Assembly: GCA_038252255.1 (NCBI GenBank)
Contig: JBBSAM010000008.1
Location: forward strand, 75,424-139,423
Direction: 5' to 3'
Length of the DNA stretch: 64,000 bases
DNA from: Acidimicrobiia bacterium
GTDB taxonomy: Bacteria > Actinomycetota > Acidimicrobiia > IMCC26256 > JAENVU01
Position numbers and translations under genes: made by a program
Shown: positions 18,398-26,553 of the stretch, piece after piece
Layout: each line of letters begins with the position of its first letter
Numbering within the stretch: position 1 is the stretch's first letter
Notes under the pieces: model-generated
What the model saw: the letters and a program-made list of their open reading frames with translations, nothing else
Told to the model about the DNA's origin: nothing
The model's database searches: none

Positions 18398-18845
18398 GGA
18401 AGCGCGACACCGTATCGACGACCGCAGCCGGCTTCTCGGATCCCTCGAGCTCGATCGTGATGCGCACCACGGCCTGGACTCCGCCGACGATCCCGGTGAC
18501 CGACACCACCTCACCGTGCCCACGAACCCTCGAGCCCGCGGGAACGGGGGCGATGAACCGGGCCTTGTCGATGCCGTAGTTGATGCCCATCGAGATGCCA
18601 CCGACCTGGGCGAGCTCACCGAGGAACGGTGCGCACAACGCCAGCGTGAGGTAGCCGTGGGCGATCGTCGTACCGAACGGCCCGGCCTTGGCCCGTTCCA
18701 CGTCCACGTGGATCCACTGACGATCACCGGTCGCATCGGCGAACTGGTTGATCCGCTCCTGCGACAGGGTGACCCAGTCGGTCGTGCCCAGGTTCTGTCC
18801 GGATGCGCCGAGCAGGTCTTGCGTGGAAGCGAAGGCAGTACCCAT
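18390..18845 (-). CDS. MaoC family dehydratase (hot-dog fold)
   Basis: 151 aa with INQFADATGDRQWIHVDVERA..TIAHGYLTL. Confidence 0.85.
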   Translation of the reverse strand: MGTAFASTQDLLGASGQNLGTTDWVTLSQERINQFADATGDRQWIHVDVERAKAGPFGTTIAHGYLTLALCAPFLGELAQVGGISMGINYGIDKARFIAPVPAGSRVRGHGEVVSVTGIVGGVQAVVRITIELEGSEKPAAVVDTVSRFLN

Positions 18846-18952
18846 GCCGGCGTTCTACCACCCCGGAGACGGAGAGGCGTAGCCTCGGCCGTCGCCTGCG
18901 ACCGGAGGGGAGCCGTGCGCGTTCGAACGGCAGGAAGCTTCGCGCACGTGCC

Positions 18953-19477
18953 GTGAGCCGGGATCCGCGGCCTGCGCCACCGGAGCGTCCCGTCGTCGTG
19001 GTGATGGGCGTCGCCGGGTCGGGGAAGTCGACCATCGGGCCGCGGCTGGCGCGGCAGCTCGGCGTTGTGTTCGTCGACGGCGACGACGTTCACACCGACG
19101 CGGCCAAGGCACGCATGGCCGCCGGTCATCCGTTGGACGATGCCGCGCGCGGCCCGTGGCTCGATCGGCTCCACGAGATCCTGGCTGCTCACACCGGACG
19201 TGGGGTGGTGCTCGCGTGCTCGGCGCTCAAAGCGTCCTACCGGCGCCGGCTCGCCAGCGGTCTCGCCGGCGTCGTGTTCCTCGCGCTCGTCGCGCCCCGC
19301 ACCGTGCTCGAGGCGCGTCTCGAGTCGCGACCCGGTCACTTCGCCGGGCCGGTCCTGCTCCCGTCCCAGCTCGAAGACCTCGAGCTCGGCGACGATGTCG
19401 TCCGCATCGACAGCACGGGGCCCGTAGCTTCGGTCACCGCGGCAGCGGTCAGCGCCGTCCGCGCTGGTCCTCGATGA
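18953..19477 (+). CDS. gntK: Gluconokinase
   Basis: ORF 18803..19477 trimmed to GTG 18953. P-loop MGVAGSGKST followed by FVDGDDVHTDAAKARMAAGHPLDDAARGPWLDRL, characteristic of the GntK/IdnK family. Confidence 0.75.
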   Translation: MSRDPRPAPPERPVVVVMGVAGSGKSTIGPRLARQLGVVFVDGDDVHTDAAKARMAAGHPLDDAARGPWLDRLHEILAAHTGRGVVLACSALKASYRRRLASGLAGVVFLALVAPRTVLEARLESRPGHFAGPVLLPSQLEDLELGDDVVRIDSTGPVASVTAAAVSAVRAGPR

Positions 19478-19934
19478 GCCGGATCGAGCCGGCCACCTTG
19501 CGGGGGGCCGCGGAGTCGTCGACCAGCCAGGCGAGCCCGGAGACCTCGAGGACCCGGCGGACGATGCTCGTCGGCCGTTCGAGCCACAGGGTGGCCCCGG
19601 CCGCGAACGCGCGACGCCGAGCCCGGAGGAACACCTGGAGACCCGCCGCATCGCAGAACTCGAGCGCGTGGAGGTCGAGCACCAGCTCCGGCGTACCTAC
19701 CTGGATCGCGTCGTGCAAGGAGGTCTCCATGCGGGCGGCGGTGCTCAGGTCGAGCTCGCCTGCGGGCCGGACGACGGTGCGGTGCGGGCCGGACAAGATG
19801 GCGACGCCGAACCTGGCATCCGGCCGGGCCCCGGACGAGCCGCCGGAGCCGCCGGCGAGCCGCAGGCCCCTGCGGGTCGAGCCCGTCGCCGGGCGTGCCG
19901 CGCCGAACCGGGTCTCCGTCTCCGCTGCGCTCAT
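19449..19934 (-). CDS. STAS domain protein (anti-sigma-factor antagonist-like)
   Basis: VVRPAGELDLSTAARMETSL..LVLDLHALEFCDAAGLQVFL..; start uncertain. Its 3' end overlaps the convergent gntK by 29 nt. Confidence 0.7.
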   Translation of the reverse strand: MSAAETETRFGAARPATGSTRRGLRLAGGSGGSSGARPDARFGVAILSGPHRTVVRPAGELDLSTAARMETSLHDAIQVGTPELVLDLHALEFCDAAGLQVFLRARRRAFAAGATLWLERPTSIVRRVLEVSGLAWLVDDSAAPRKVAGSIRLIEDQRGRR

Positions 19935-20085
19935 GCCTCGACCCTACGGACCGACGTGCCCGCCGTCACGTCAACAGACCCACAACCCTCCCCCCGAGGG
20001 TGCGGCGCGCCGCGTCCGGGAACGCAACGATCGGAGGCCTCGCGGACTCCGGCGGGCGTAGAGTCCGGCGGGACGGAGGTCTCGT

Positions 20086-20670
20086 ATGAGCGTCCATAGC
20101 GAGCGACGGGCTCGCCGGCCCGGCCGCACATGGGCATTGGTCGGAGCCGGGCTGCAGCTCTGCTTCGCGACCGGGCTCGCCGTCCTGCGGGACACGAACG
20201 CCTCGGTCGGGGAGCGGCGGGCGGAGGGGATGTTGCCCACCCTGGCACTGGCCGCGGTCTTCGCGGCACCGGCCGTCCTCGCGCTCGTGGGCGTCGTCAT
20301 CGATCGGCCGGTCCTCTTCGGCGCGGCGGCGATCGCCTCACTCCCGGCGGCCCTCATCTCGATCGCCGCGTTCCCGGTCCTGATCCCCGCGGGGCTGCTG
20401 CTCGTTGCGTACGTCCAGGCGACGAGCACCCATCCGTCGTCGACCGCTGTCTCCACCCTGGTGGTGTTCGGCACGTTCGCCGGCCTGGTCCTGCTCGCGT
20501 TGGCGATCATGCTGAGCGGGAAGGGCACGTACACGTATGCGTATCCCGACGGTGGCTCGGAAGGCGGCGAGTACTACCTCCCCGGGCATGCCGCGCTCGC
20601 GCTCGGGATTCTGGTCGGTGGCGTCGTACTCACGACCGCGATCGCGTCGAGGTTCGCGAAGGCGCAGTGA
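20086..20670 (+). CDS. Hypothetical membrane protein
   Basis: 194 aa with four or more hydrophobic segments, high GC3 and a GGAGG upstream of the ATG. Confidence 0.55.
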   Translation: MSVHSERRARRPGRTWALVGAGLQLCFATGLAVLRDTNASVGERRAEGMLPTLALAAVFAAPAVLALVGVVIDRPVLFGAAAIASLPAALISIAAFPVLIPAGLLLVAYVQATSTHPSSTAVSTLVVFGTFAGLVLLALAIMLSGKGTYTYAYPDGGSEGGEYYLPGHAALALGILVGGVVLTTAIASRFAKAQ

Positions 20671-20680
20671 GCTTGCTGCG

Positions 20681-21616
20681 CTACGCGTGTGCGGGCGCGC
20701 GGAGGTCCACTGCGGTGCAGGCACCGACCAGGCACGGAAGGCCGAGCATGGACTGCCACGCTTTCAGGGTGGCGGCGGCTCCCGCGCCCGGGACATCCAG
20801 TGGGCCGGTCGCCGCGGTCGGGGTGATCCACAGGTTCGGTACCGGGCGATCCTCGTCGTACCAGATGAACACCGCGACCTTGCCGGCGCGGTACGCGGCG
20901 CTGTCGAGGACCGGTTGTACGTGCTCGCGCGCCCATTGGTCGACAACCTTGTTGTCGCAGTCATGGCCGTCGTGGCAGAGGTTCGGCGTCACGAACGCGA
21001 AGCTCGGGAGCGCGCGCAGGTCGAGGTCGGTGAGTGGCAGCACCTGCTGGCTGCAGTGCGCGCGATCTTCGGGAGCCCAGAGGTAGAGAGCAGGGACGTG
21101 CCGCGGCGCGTTGTTGTCGGCGCTGCACGCTGCGGTTGCACCTTCGACGAAGCTCACCGCCGACCGTCCTGACACTCGAACCTGACGGAAGAGGTTGTCT
21201 GCTTGTGTGCTGCACTCGGCGGACGGGCTGCAGTCGTTGACCGTCCCGGGTTCGGCGGCACCGGTGATCTGACCGACGTACTGGCTGAGGCTGTTCTGAT
21301 TGGTATCGGTCTCGGTCCAGGTGCGGAAGAACGCGCACTGCTGGCCCAGCTGGTGGAGGTACGGCATCTCGGGCCCGAAGCCCAGACCGACCTCGGGCCA
21401 GGTGCGGTTCTCGAATGAGAACACCACGACCGATTGGTAACGCGCCGGCGGCGCCTGGCCGTTCGCGCAGACCTTGGCCGGAGCGCTCGGAACCGTCGAA
21501 ACCGTGGAAGCCGGACGCGGGGCCGAGGAGGTCGTCGTTCCCTTGCTCGAGGACGACCCGGAGCTGCACGCCGCCGCGAGCATCAGCACGGCGAGGCAGG
21601 CGAGAAGCTTGGTCAC
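20681..21616 (-). CDS. Phosphoesterase-family (PF04185-like, AcpA/PLC-type) lipoprotein
   Basis: Lipobox LAAACSS. Motifs VVVFSFENRTW, LPSFAFVTPNLCHDGHDC and VAVFIWYDED follow the phosphoesterase family pattern. Confidence 0.7.
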   Translation of the reverse strand: MTKLLACLAVLMLAAACSSGSSSSKGTTTSSAPRPASTVSTVPSAPAKVCANGQAPPARYQSVVVFSFENRTWPEVGLGFGPEMPYLHQLGQQCAFFRTWTETDTNQNSLSQYVGQITGAAEPGTVNDCSPSAECSTQADNLFRQVRVSGRSAVSFVEGATAACSADNNAPRHVPALYLWAPEDRAHCSQQVLPLTDLDLRALPSFAFVTPNLCHDGHDCDNKVVDQWAREHVQPVLDSAAYRAGKVAVFIWYDEDRPVPNLWITPTAATGPLDVPGAGAAATLKAWQSMLGLPCLVGACTAVDLRAPAHA

Positions 21617-21894
21617 GACTCGCCGATGCTACCGCCGTCCCCATCAATGGCCCCGGAGCCCTCCGCCCGGCCCGAGCCCGCTTCCCGAAGCGGTACCGAG
21701 CTCGCGGGTTGGAGCGTGCGGCCCTCGTCCAGCGCGCGGCATTCGGCGCAGCGTGCGAGCGTTCCGACACCCGCGGCAAGGTCCTGCGAATGCACCAGCC
21801 GACCGGTCGGGCAGTCACTCCGGTCGTGGTAGACGCCGTCCCGGTGGGCTCGGACGGAGCGGTACGGGTTCACCTTCCTCAGCGTCGTCACCAC
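21613..21894 (-). CDS. Small Cys-containing protein (VYH..SDCPxG..CxxC)
   Basis: ORF 21613..21999 trimmed to GTG 21894 after GGAGG. Its stop overlaps the GTG of the phosphoesterase gene (GTGA 21613-21616). Motif GVYHDRSDCPTGRLVHSQDLAAGVGTLARCAECRAL. Confidence 0.6.
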   Translation of the reverse strand: MVTTLRKVNPYRSVRAHRDGVYHDRSDCPTGRLVHSQDLAAGVGTLARCAECRALDEGRTLQPASSVPLREAGSGRAEGSGAIDGDGGSIGES

Positions 21895-21965
21895 GCGCCT
21901 CCGTTGCCCGGGCCGGCAGATGGACGAACCCGATTCACCAGCGCGGTCACCGTAGGTTCGAAGGG

Positions 21966-22032
21966 TTGAACGTTCGCTGAAACCCCGCCGCTCGTCCACG
22001 ACGGGACCTCGCGCCGTTCAGCGGTTTGTCAG
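21966..22032. promoter_or_regulatory. Two inverted pairs of 11-bp-phased CTGAAC-like hexamers
   Basis: TTGAAC 21966-71 and CTGAAA 21977-82 on the plus strand. GTTCAG 22016-21 and TGTCAG 22027-32 read as CTGAAC/CTGACA on the minus strand. Located in the divergent region between the small Cys protein operon and the GT39-like gene. Confidence 0.55.
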
Positions 22033-22234
22033 CGGACAAGGCGCAGCCTGCACATGCGTCCGGGATCAACCCCGGGCGGTCCGGACGGTGACCTGGCTCA
22101 CGTGACGCTATCCCCCAGCCCGTGAGCGGGACCGTCTGGCCGCGCCCTCCGAGGCGCCCGGGCGCCCCGGCCCGGGCGCCTCGCTGCGGCACCGAACGCG
22201 CGCCGATCGGCGGGCAGAGAGGAAGCGCGACGAC

Positions 22235-23668
22235 ATGACGGCGACGCTCGACCGGCTGCAGGTACCGGAACCGGCATCTGCTCCTGGGTCGTCGTCTCGG
22301 GTGCATGTCCATCGGAGCACCATGTTGCTCCTCGCCGCTCTCGTCGGGGTCGGAACCGTGTTGCGCTTCTGGGGGCTCGGCGCGTCACGGCTGAACTACG
22401 ACGAGTCGTTCACGGCGGTCGCCGGCCGGCTTCAGCTCGGCACCCTCTTCAGCTTTCTCCGTGCGCACGACTCGCACCCGCCGCTGGACTACTTGCTCCG
22501 CGCCCCACTCGCCCGCGCGGGAGTCAGCGAGCTGTGGTTCCGAGCCCCGTCCGCACTGCTCTCCTTCGGTGCGTTGGCCCTCTTCGCCTGGGCCATGCGC
22601 TCGCGGGGCCGCCTCGGTGTGATCGCGACCGCATTGATGGCGGTGAGCGCGTTCCAAGTCGTTCACGGGCGGGAAGCGCGCATGTACGCCGAGCTCGAGC
22701 TCATCGGCGTCGCAGTCGCCGTCCTGGCCATGGCTTGGCAGTCGAAGCCCCGGCGGGTGCACGCGTACGCGCTCGGAGCCCTGGTGTTCATCGGTCTCCT
22801 CACGCACGTGTCGATGTTCCTGCTCGCGGCAGGTCTGCTCGTGCTCCCGGGTCGACGCACTGATCGCGACGCGTGGCACTGGCGGCTCGCCATCGTGCTC
22901 GCCGGGCTCGGCTGGACCCTGCTGTGGAGCCCGGCCTTCCTCGCCCAGGCCGGCGGTGGGCACTCGGCGTGGATACCGCCGACGACGCTGTCGACGCTCA
23001 CCACCGCGGTCGGCCGCCTCCTCACGTTCGCGCCCGCTCTCGCGCTCGTCGCGGCGGTCGCGACCATCGCGGGAGGAGTGATGCTCCGGCGTTCCGACGC
23101 GGTGCTGGGTCGCGTCTGGATCTGCTGCTTTGCCTTGCCGTTGGGACTCGCCGCGCTGTTGGGACTCGTCGAACCGGTGGTGCTCGACCGGACGTTCACG
23201 CTGATGGCGTGGGCGCCCTGCCTCGCGGTGGCGTGCCTCCTCGACCTGCTGGTGTCGCGGCGCCCGCTGCTCGGAATCGCCACGCTCGCCGCCGTCTTCG
23301 TGGTGCTCGTTCCGTCGACGATCGCCACGATCCAGGTGCCCACGGGCCCTGACACGCCACTGCGGGTACTCGCCAGTCGGGCGAAGCCCGGTGACGTCAT
23401 CGCGGTGAGGCCCGCGACGAAGGCCCCCGAGATCGCCTGGTCGCTCGGCGTACGTGGAGGCCACCCCGTCGAACGGGTCGCGGTCCCCGGCGTACCGAAC
23501 GCATTCGGGATCCGGCTCGGCCCGGGCCGGCCGTCCGGACGGACCTGGCTCCTCGACTGGCGCTCGTACCGGGTCCCGCCCGTCTCCGCCGCACCCCGGT
23601 GTGCCACGCGCTGGACCTGGGGGCACACGCACATCCGGTGCCTCTCGCAGATCGGGCAACAGCTCTGA
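22235..23668 (+). CDS. GT-C fold membrane glycosyltransferase (family 39 / ArnT-PMT-like)
   Basis: 477 aa and polytopic. N-terminal loop LRFWGLGASRLNYDESFTAVAG..HDSHPPLDYLL is typical of GT39-like enzymes. Confidence 0.65.
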   Translation: MTATLDRLQVPEPASAPGSSSRVHVHRSTMLLLAALVGVGTVLRFWGLGASRLNYDESFTAVAGRLQLGTLFSFLRAHDSHPPLDYLLRAPLARAGVSELWFRAPSALLSFGALALFAWAMRSRGRLGVIATALMAVSAFQVVHGREARMYAELELIGVAVAVLAMAWQSKPRRVHAYALGALVFIGLLTHVSMFLLAAGLLVLPGRRTDRDAWHWRLAIVLAGLGWTLLWSPAFLAQAGGGHSAWIPPTTLSTLTTAVGRLLTFAPALALVAAVATIAGGVMLRRSDAVLGRVWICCFALPLGLAALLGLVEPVVLDRTFTLMAWAPCLAVACLLDLLVSRRPLLGIATLAAVFVVLVPSTIATIQVPTGPDTPLRVLASRAKPGDVIAVRPATKAPEIAWSLGVRGGHPVERVAVPGVPNAFGIRLGPGRPSGRTWLLDWRSYRVPPVSAAPRCATRWTWGHTHIRCLSQIGQQL

Positions 23669-23708
23669 TCACGTCATGCGACTGATCTCGCCTCGAGAGG
23701 AGGACCTC

Positions 23709-23912
23709 ATGCAGCAACCCGCTGACAACGCGAGCCCGGAGACGCTCTCGCTCGGCACCGCGATCGAAGTGCGGAACCACTTCTGCGCGATCTGGTGCAC
23801 GGGGTTCGAAGTCGCCGGTTCCACCGGCACGGGTTACCTGGTCCGCCGCACATCGGATCGCTACGTGCTCCCCCTGGCGTTCCCGACCCACGAGGTCCGA
23901 CGGCAGTCCTGA
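23709..23912 (+). CDS. Hypothetical small protein (67 aa)
   Basis: ATG 23709 preceded by a strong GAGAGGAGGA site; MQQPADNASPETLSLGTAIEVRNHFCAIWCTGFEV..; no recognisable family. Confidence 0.5.
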   Translation: MQQPADNASPETLSLGTAIEVRNHFCAIWCTGFEVAGSTGTGYLVRRTSDRYVLPLAFPTHEVRRQS

Positions 23913-23975
23913 CCAGAGATCGAACGGGCAGCCCGCGGTCCTTCTCCCCTTCGGTTGTAGAAGGCTGCGAACCAG

Positions 23976-24992
23976 ATGGTCCGCGGAACGGCACGCGTGT
24001 TGATTGCGATGGTGCTGGCGAGCGCGCTCGGCGCCACCGCGGCAGGGTGCGGCGATCAGAGCGGTGACGGTGGCTCTCGCTCGGATGCGGTGAGCCGCTC
24101 GCAGGTGTCCGGCGCACCGTGTCGCCGTCGAGCCACCGGCGACGAGGTGCTCGACCCGGCCCCCGGCGAGACGCCGGCAGTGGTGCTCCACCGTGTGACG
24201 CTGGTCGACCAGAGCCGGACGACCCCGGCGATTCCGAACCGGCCGGCCTCGGGCTGCCGGGTGCTCGTGACCGAGATCCGCGTCCCGGCAAGGGCAACCG
24301 GTCCACTCCCGCTGGTGGTCGTCGCGCACGGGCTCGACGGCAAACCGAGCTCGCTGGCTCCCCTGCTCGATGCGTGGGCCGGCGCGGGATACGTGGTGGC
24401 GGCACCGACCTTCCCGACCACCAGCAAGGATCGCAACGGCGTGTCGTTGCTGTCGGAGTCCATCGACCAGGCGGCCGACATGCGCTTCGTCATCGGTCAG
24501 ATGCTGACCCGGAGTCGAGCGCGTGCCACGGGCTTCCTCCGCGGGTTGATCGACAGCCGCCACATCGGCGTCGCCGGGATGTCGCTGGGTGGCCTCAGCG
24601 TCTACGGGCTGATCTCGAACACGTGCTGTCGGGACACCCGGGTGACGGCGGCGATCCTGATGGCCGCGGTCTGGCGACAGTTCCCGGACGACCGGTACGA
24701 GGACAACGAAGTGCCCGTGCTCATCGTGCAGGGCGACGCCGACCTCGGCTACCACAACAGTCGCGAGGCCTATCCGGAGCTCGTGCCGCCCAAGTGGTTC
24801 ATCACGCTGCACGGTTCAGGGCACTCGCCGCCCTTCGAGGCACCACCCGGGCCCGAAGCCCCGTTCGTGTACGCCTCGACCACCTGGTTCTGGGATCGCT
24901 ACCTGAAGGACGACGCCGGCGCGGGCCAACGGATCACGAGTGCCGTGGACGCGAGCCACGGCACGGCAACGTTGCAGCGAGACCTCGGGTAG
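23976..24992 (+). CDS. Secreted alpha/beta hydrolase lipoprotein
   Basis: Lipobox TAAGCGD. LPLVVVAHGLDG.. and nucleophile elbow GVAGMSLGG resemble the dienelactone hydrolase / PAF-acetylhydrolase-like group. Confidence 0.7.
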   Translation: MVRGTARVLIAMVLASALGATAAGCGDQSGDGGSRSDAVSRSQVSGAPCRRRATGDEVLDPAPGETPAVVLHRVTLVDQSRTTPAIPNRPASGCRVLVTEIRVPARATGPLPLVVVAHGLDGKPSSLAPLLDAWAGAGYVVAAPTFPTTSKDRNGVSLLSESIDQAADMRFVIGQMLTRSRARATGFLRGLIDSRHIGVAGMSLGGLSVYGLISNTCCRDTRVTAAILMAAVWRQFPDDRYEDNEVPVLIVQGDADLGYHNSREAYPELVPPKWFITLHGSGHSPPFEAPPGPEAPFVYASTTWFWDRYLKDDAGAGQRITSAVDASHGTATLQRDLG

Positions 24993-25009
24993 CCCCGGCG
25001 TTCGCCGGG

Positions 25010-25519
25010 TCAGGAGTCGAGGGCGCTCGCCTGCGGGGCCGGAAGGCTCACCGCGCCGGGGCGAGCCTTGAAGAGCACCTGGTCGAGCAGCGCGAACTGG
25101 AGGACCCAGAGCAGCCCGTAACCACCGAGGTTGCCGGCCAGGATCGTTCCCGTGTGAACCATCGGGGTCAGGTGCATGTGCGCGGCCCACGAGTCGGCGA
25201 GGCCGACGGTCAGGGTGGAGAGTCCGAGCCCGCAGAACGCCAGCACCCAGAACGGCAGCACCTCTCGCCACGGGTCACTGCGATCACGTCGGCCCCAGGT
25301 CCACCGGCGGTTGAGGGAGTAGGAGGGGATGGTGGCGATGCTGGTCGCGATGACGTTGGCCAGGGCCGCCACGATCCCGAAGACCGACGTGGCGACGACG
25401 ATGACCGTGAAGCTGATCACCGTCGTGACGGCGGACACGCTCATGCACCGCGTCAGCCGACCGACGAGACGCGGCCGGGCGGGCGCGGGAGCGGGACGGT
25501 CGAAGGCGAGCGTGGTCAT
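25010..25519 (-). CDS. GtrA family membrane protein
   Basis: 169 aa with four TM segments; SYSLNRRWTWG motif typical of GtrA-like proteins. Confidence 0.8.
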   Translation of the reverse strand: MTTLAFDRPAPAPARPRLVGRLTRCMSVSAVTTVISFTVIVVATSVFGIVAALANVIATSIATIPSYSLNRRWTWGRRDRSDPWREVLPFWVLAFCGLGLSTLTVGLADSWAAHMHLTPMVHTGTILAGNLGGYGLLWVLQFALLDQVLFKARPGAVSLPAPQASALDS

Positions 25520-26421
25520 CAGCGCGCACCCGAGCGCGGGCGGGCGAGCATCAGCTCCCGCGACGGCGCCGCCACGCCGGGGGACCCGGGGGCTCCGGGA
25601 AGAGCGTCGGTGGGCTCTCCATGCGGGCGAAAGAGGTTGTGGACGGCGCGCCGGGTGACCATGCGCAACGCCTCACGGATGATGGCGCCGGACATCTTCG
25701 ACTCGCCGGCGGACCGGTCGCGAAAGACGATCGGGATCTCGGAGATCGCCGCGCCGGCATGTTGCGCGCGATCCGTCATGTCGATCTGGAAGCCGTAACC
25801 GGTCGTCGTCACCGACGGGAGGTCGACCGCGCGGAGCAGGTCGGCCCGGTACGCGCGGTAGCCGGACGTCACGTCGCGCACCCGCAGACCCAAGAGCGTC
25901 CGTGCGTACCAGCCCCCGGCGCGCGAGAGGAACCGGCGGCGCGCCGGCCAGCCGGGGGTGTCACCGCCCGGCACGTACCGGGAGCCGATGGCCAGGTCTG
26001 CGCCGCGTTCGACCGCCGCCACGAGCGCGGGAAGCTCGCGCGGGTCGTGGGACAGGTCCGCGTCCATCTCGATGAGGACGTCGTATTCATGCGCGAGGCC
26101 CACGCCGAATCCGGCGCGGTACGCCGGGCCCAGGCCGGGCGGGCCGGTGCGGCGCAGAACGCTCACGTGGCCGAGCTCGGCGTTCGCCGCTTCCGCCAGC
26201 TCGGGGGTTCCATCGGTGCTGCCATCGTCGACGACGAGCACGTCCGCGTCGGGCAGTGCGGTCCGGATGCGGCGGAGGACGGGCCGGATGTTGGCGCTCT
26301 CGTCGAGCGTCGGGAGCACGACGAGGACCCGGGGCCGGGGCGCTCGGAACGGGGGGTGCGTCTGCTGCATGAGGCTCATGGGTGGCGTCTCCTCGCTGGG
26401 TTGGCCCGTGGGACGCGGCAC
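25519..26421 (-). CDS. ppm1: Polyprenol-monophosphomannose synthase (GT2, Ppm1/DPM1-like)
   Basis: VLVVLPTLDESANI.., VVDDGSTDGT, IEMDADLSHDP. Start may be ATG 26379 (MSLMQQ). Confidence 0.8.
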   Translation of the reverse strand: MPRPTGQPSEETPPMSLMQQTHPPFRAPRPRVLVVLPTLDESANIRPVLRRIRTALPDADVLVVDDGSTDGTPELAEAANAELGHVSVLRRTGPPGLGPAYRAGFGVGLAHEYDVLIEMDADLSHDPRELPALVAAVERGADLAIGSRYVPGGDTPGWPARRRFLSRAGGWYARTLLGLRVRDVTSGYRAYRADLLRAVDLPSVTTTGYGFQIDMTDRAQHAGAAISEIPIVFRDRSAGESKMSGAIIREALRMVTRRAVHNLFRPHGEPTDALPGAPGSPGVAAPSRELMLARPRSGAR

Positions 26422-26495
26422 GCGCGATTCGATCGGAGACCGCTGCGTGCGAGCTCGACAAGATCAGGCATGAAGATGACGATGCCGGAGCAGCG

Positions 26496-26512
26496 CTGAA
26501 CAACCGTTGAAC
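26496..26512. promoter_or_regulatory. CTGAAC-N5-TTGAAC direct repeat upstream of ppm1-gtrA
   Basis: CTGAAC 26496-501 and TTGAAC 26507-12, phased by 11 bp, in the 132-bp gap between the kinase stop and the ppm1 start. Confidence 0.45.
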
Positions 26513-26553
26513 GTCGGAGCACCCGGCGGGGCCGACGACCCTGTCGTTCGCGG

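Noticed and set aside
23795-23830. tRNA-like T-arm motif GGGGTTCGAAGTCGCCGG
   Set aside because: No acceptor, D or anticodon stems can be drawn around it, and it lies inside a small ORF with a strong ribosome-binding site.
26513-26553. Inverted partner pair for the CTGAAC repeat at 26496-26512 (TGTCGTTCGCGGTCAGG)
   Set aside because: The hexamers match poorly and the phasing is unclear. The site also overlaps the kinase stop codon.
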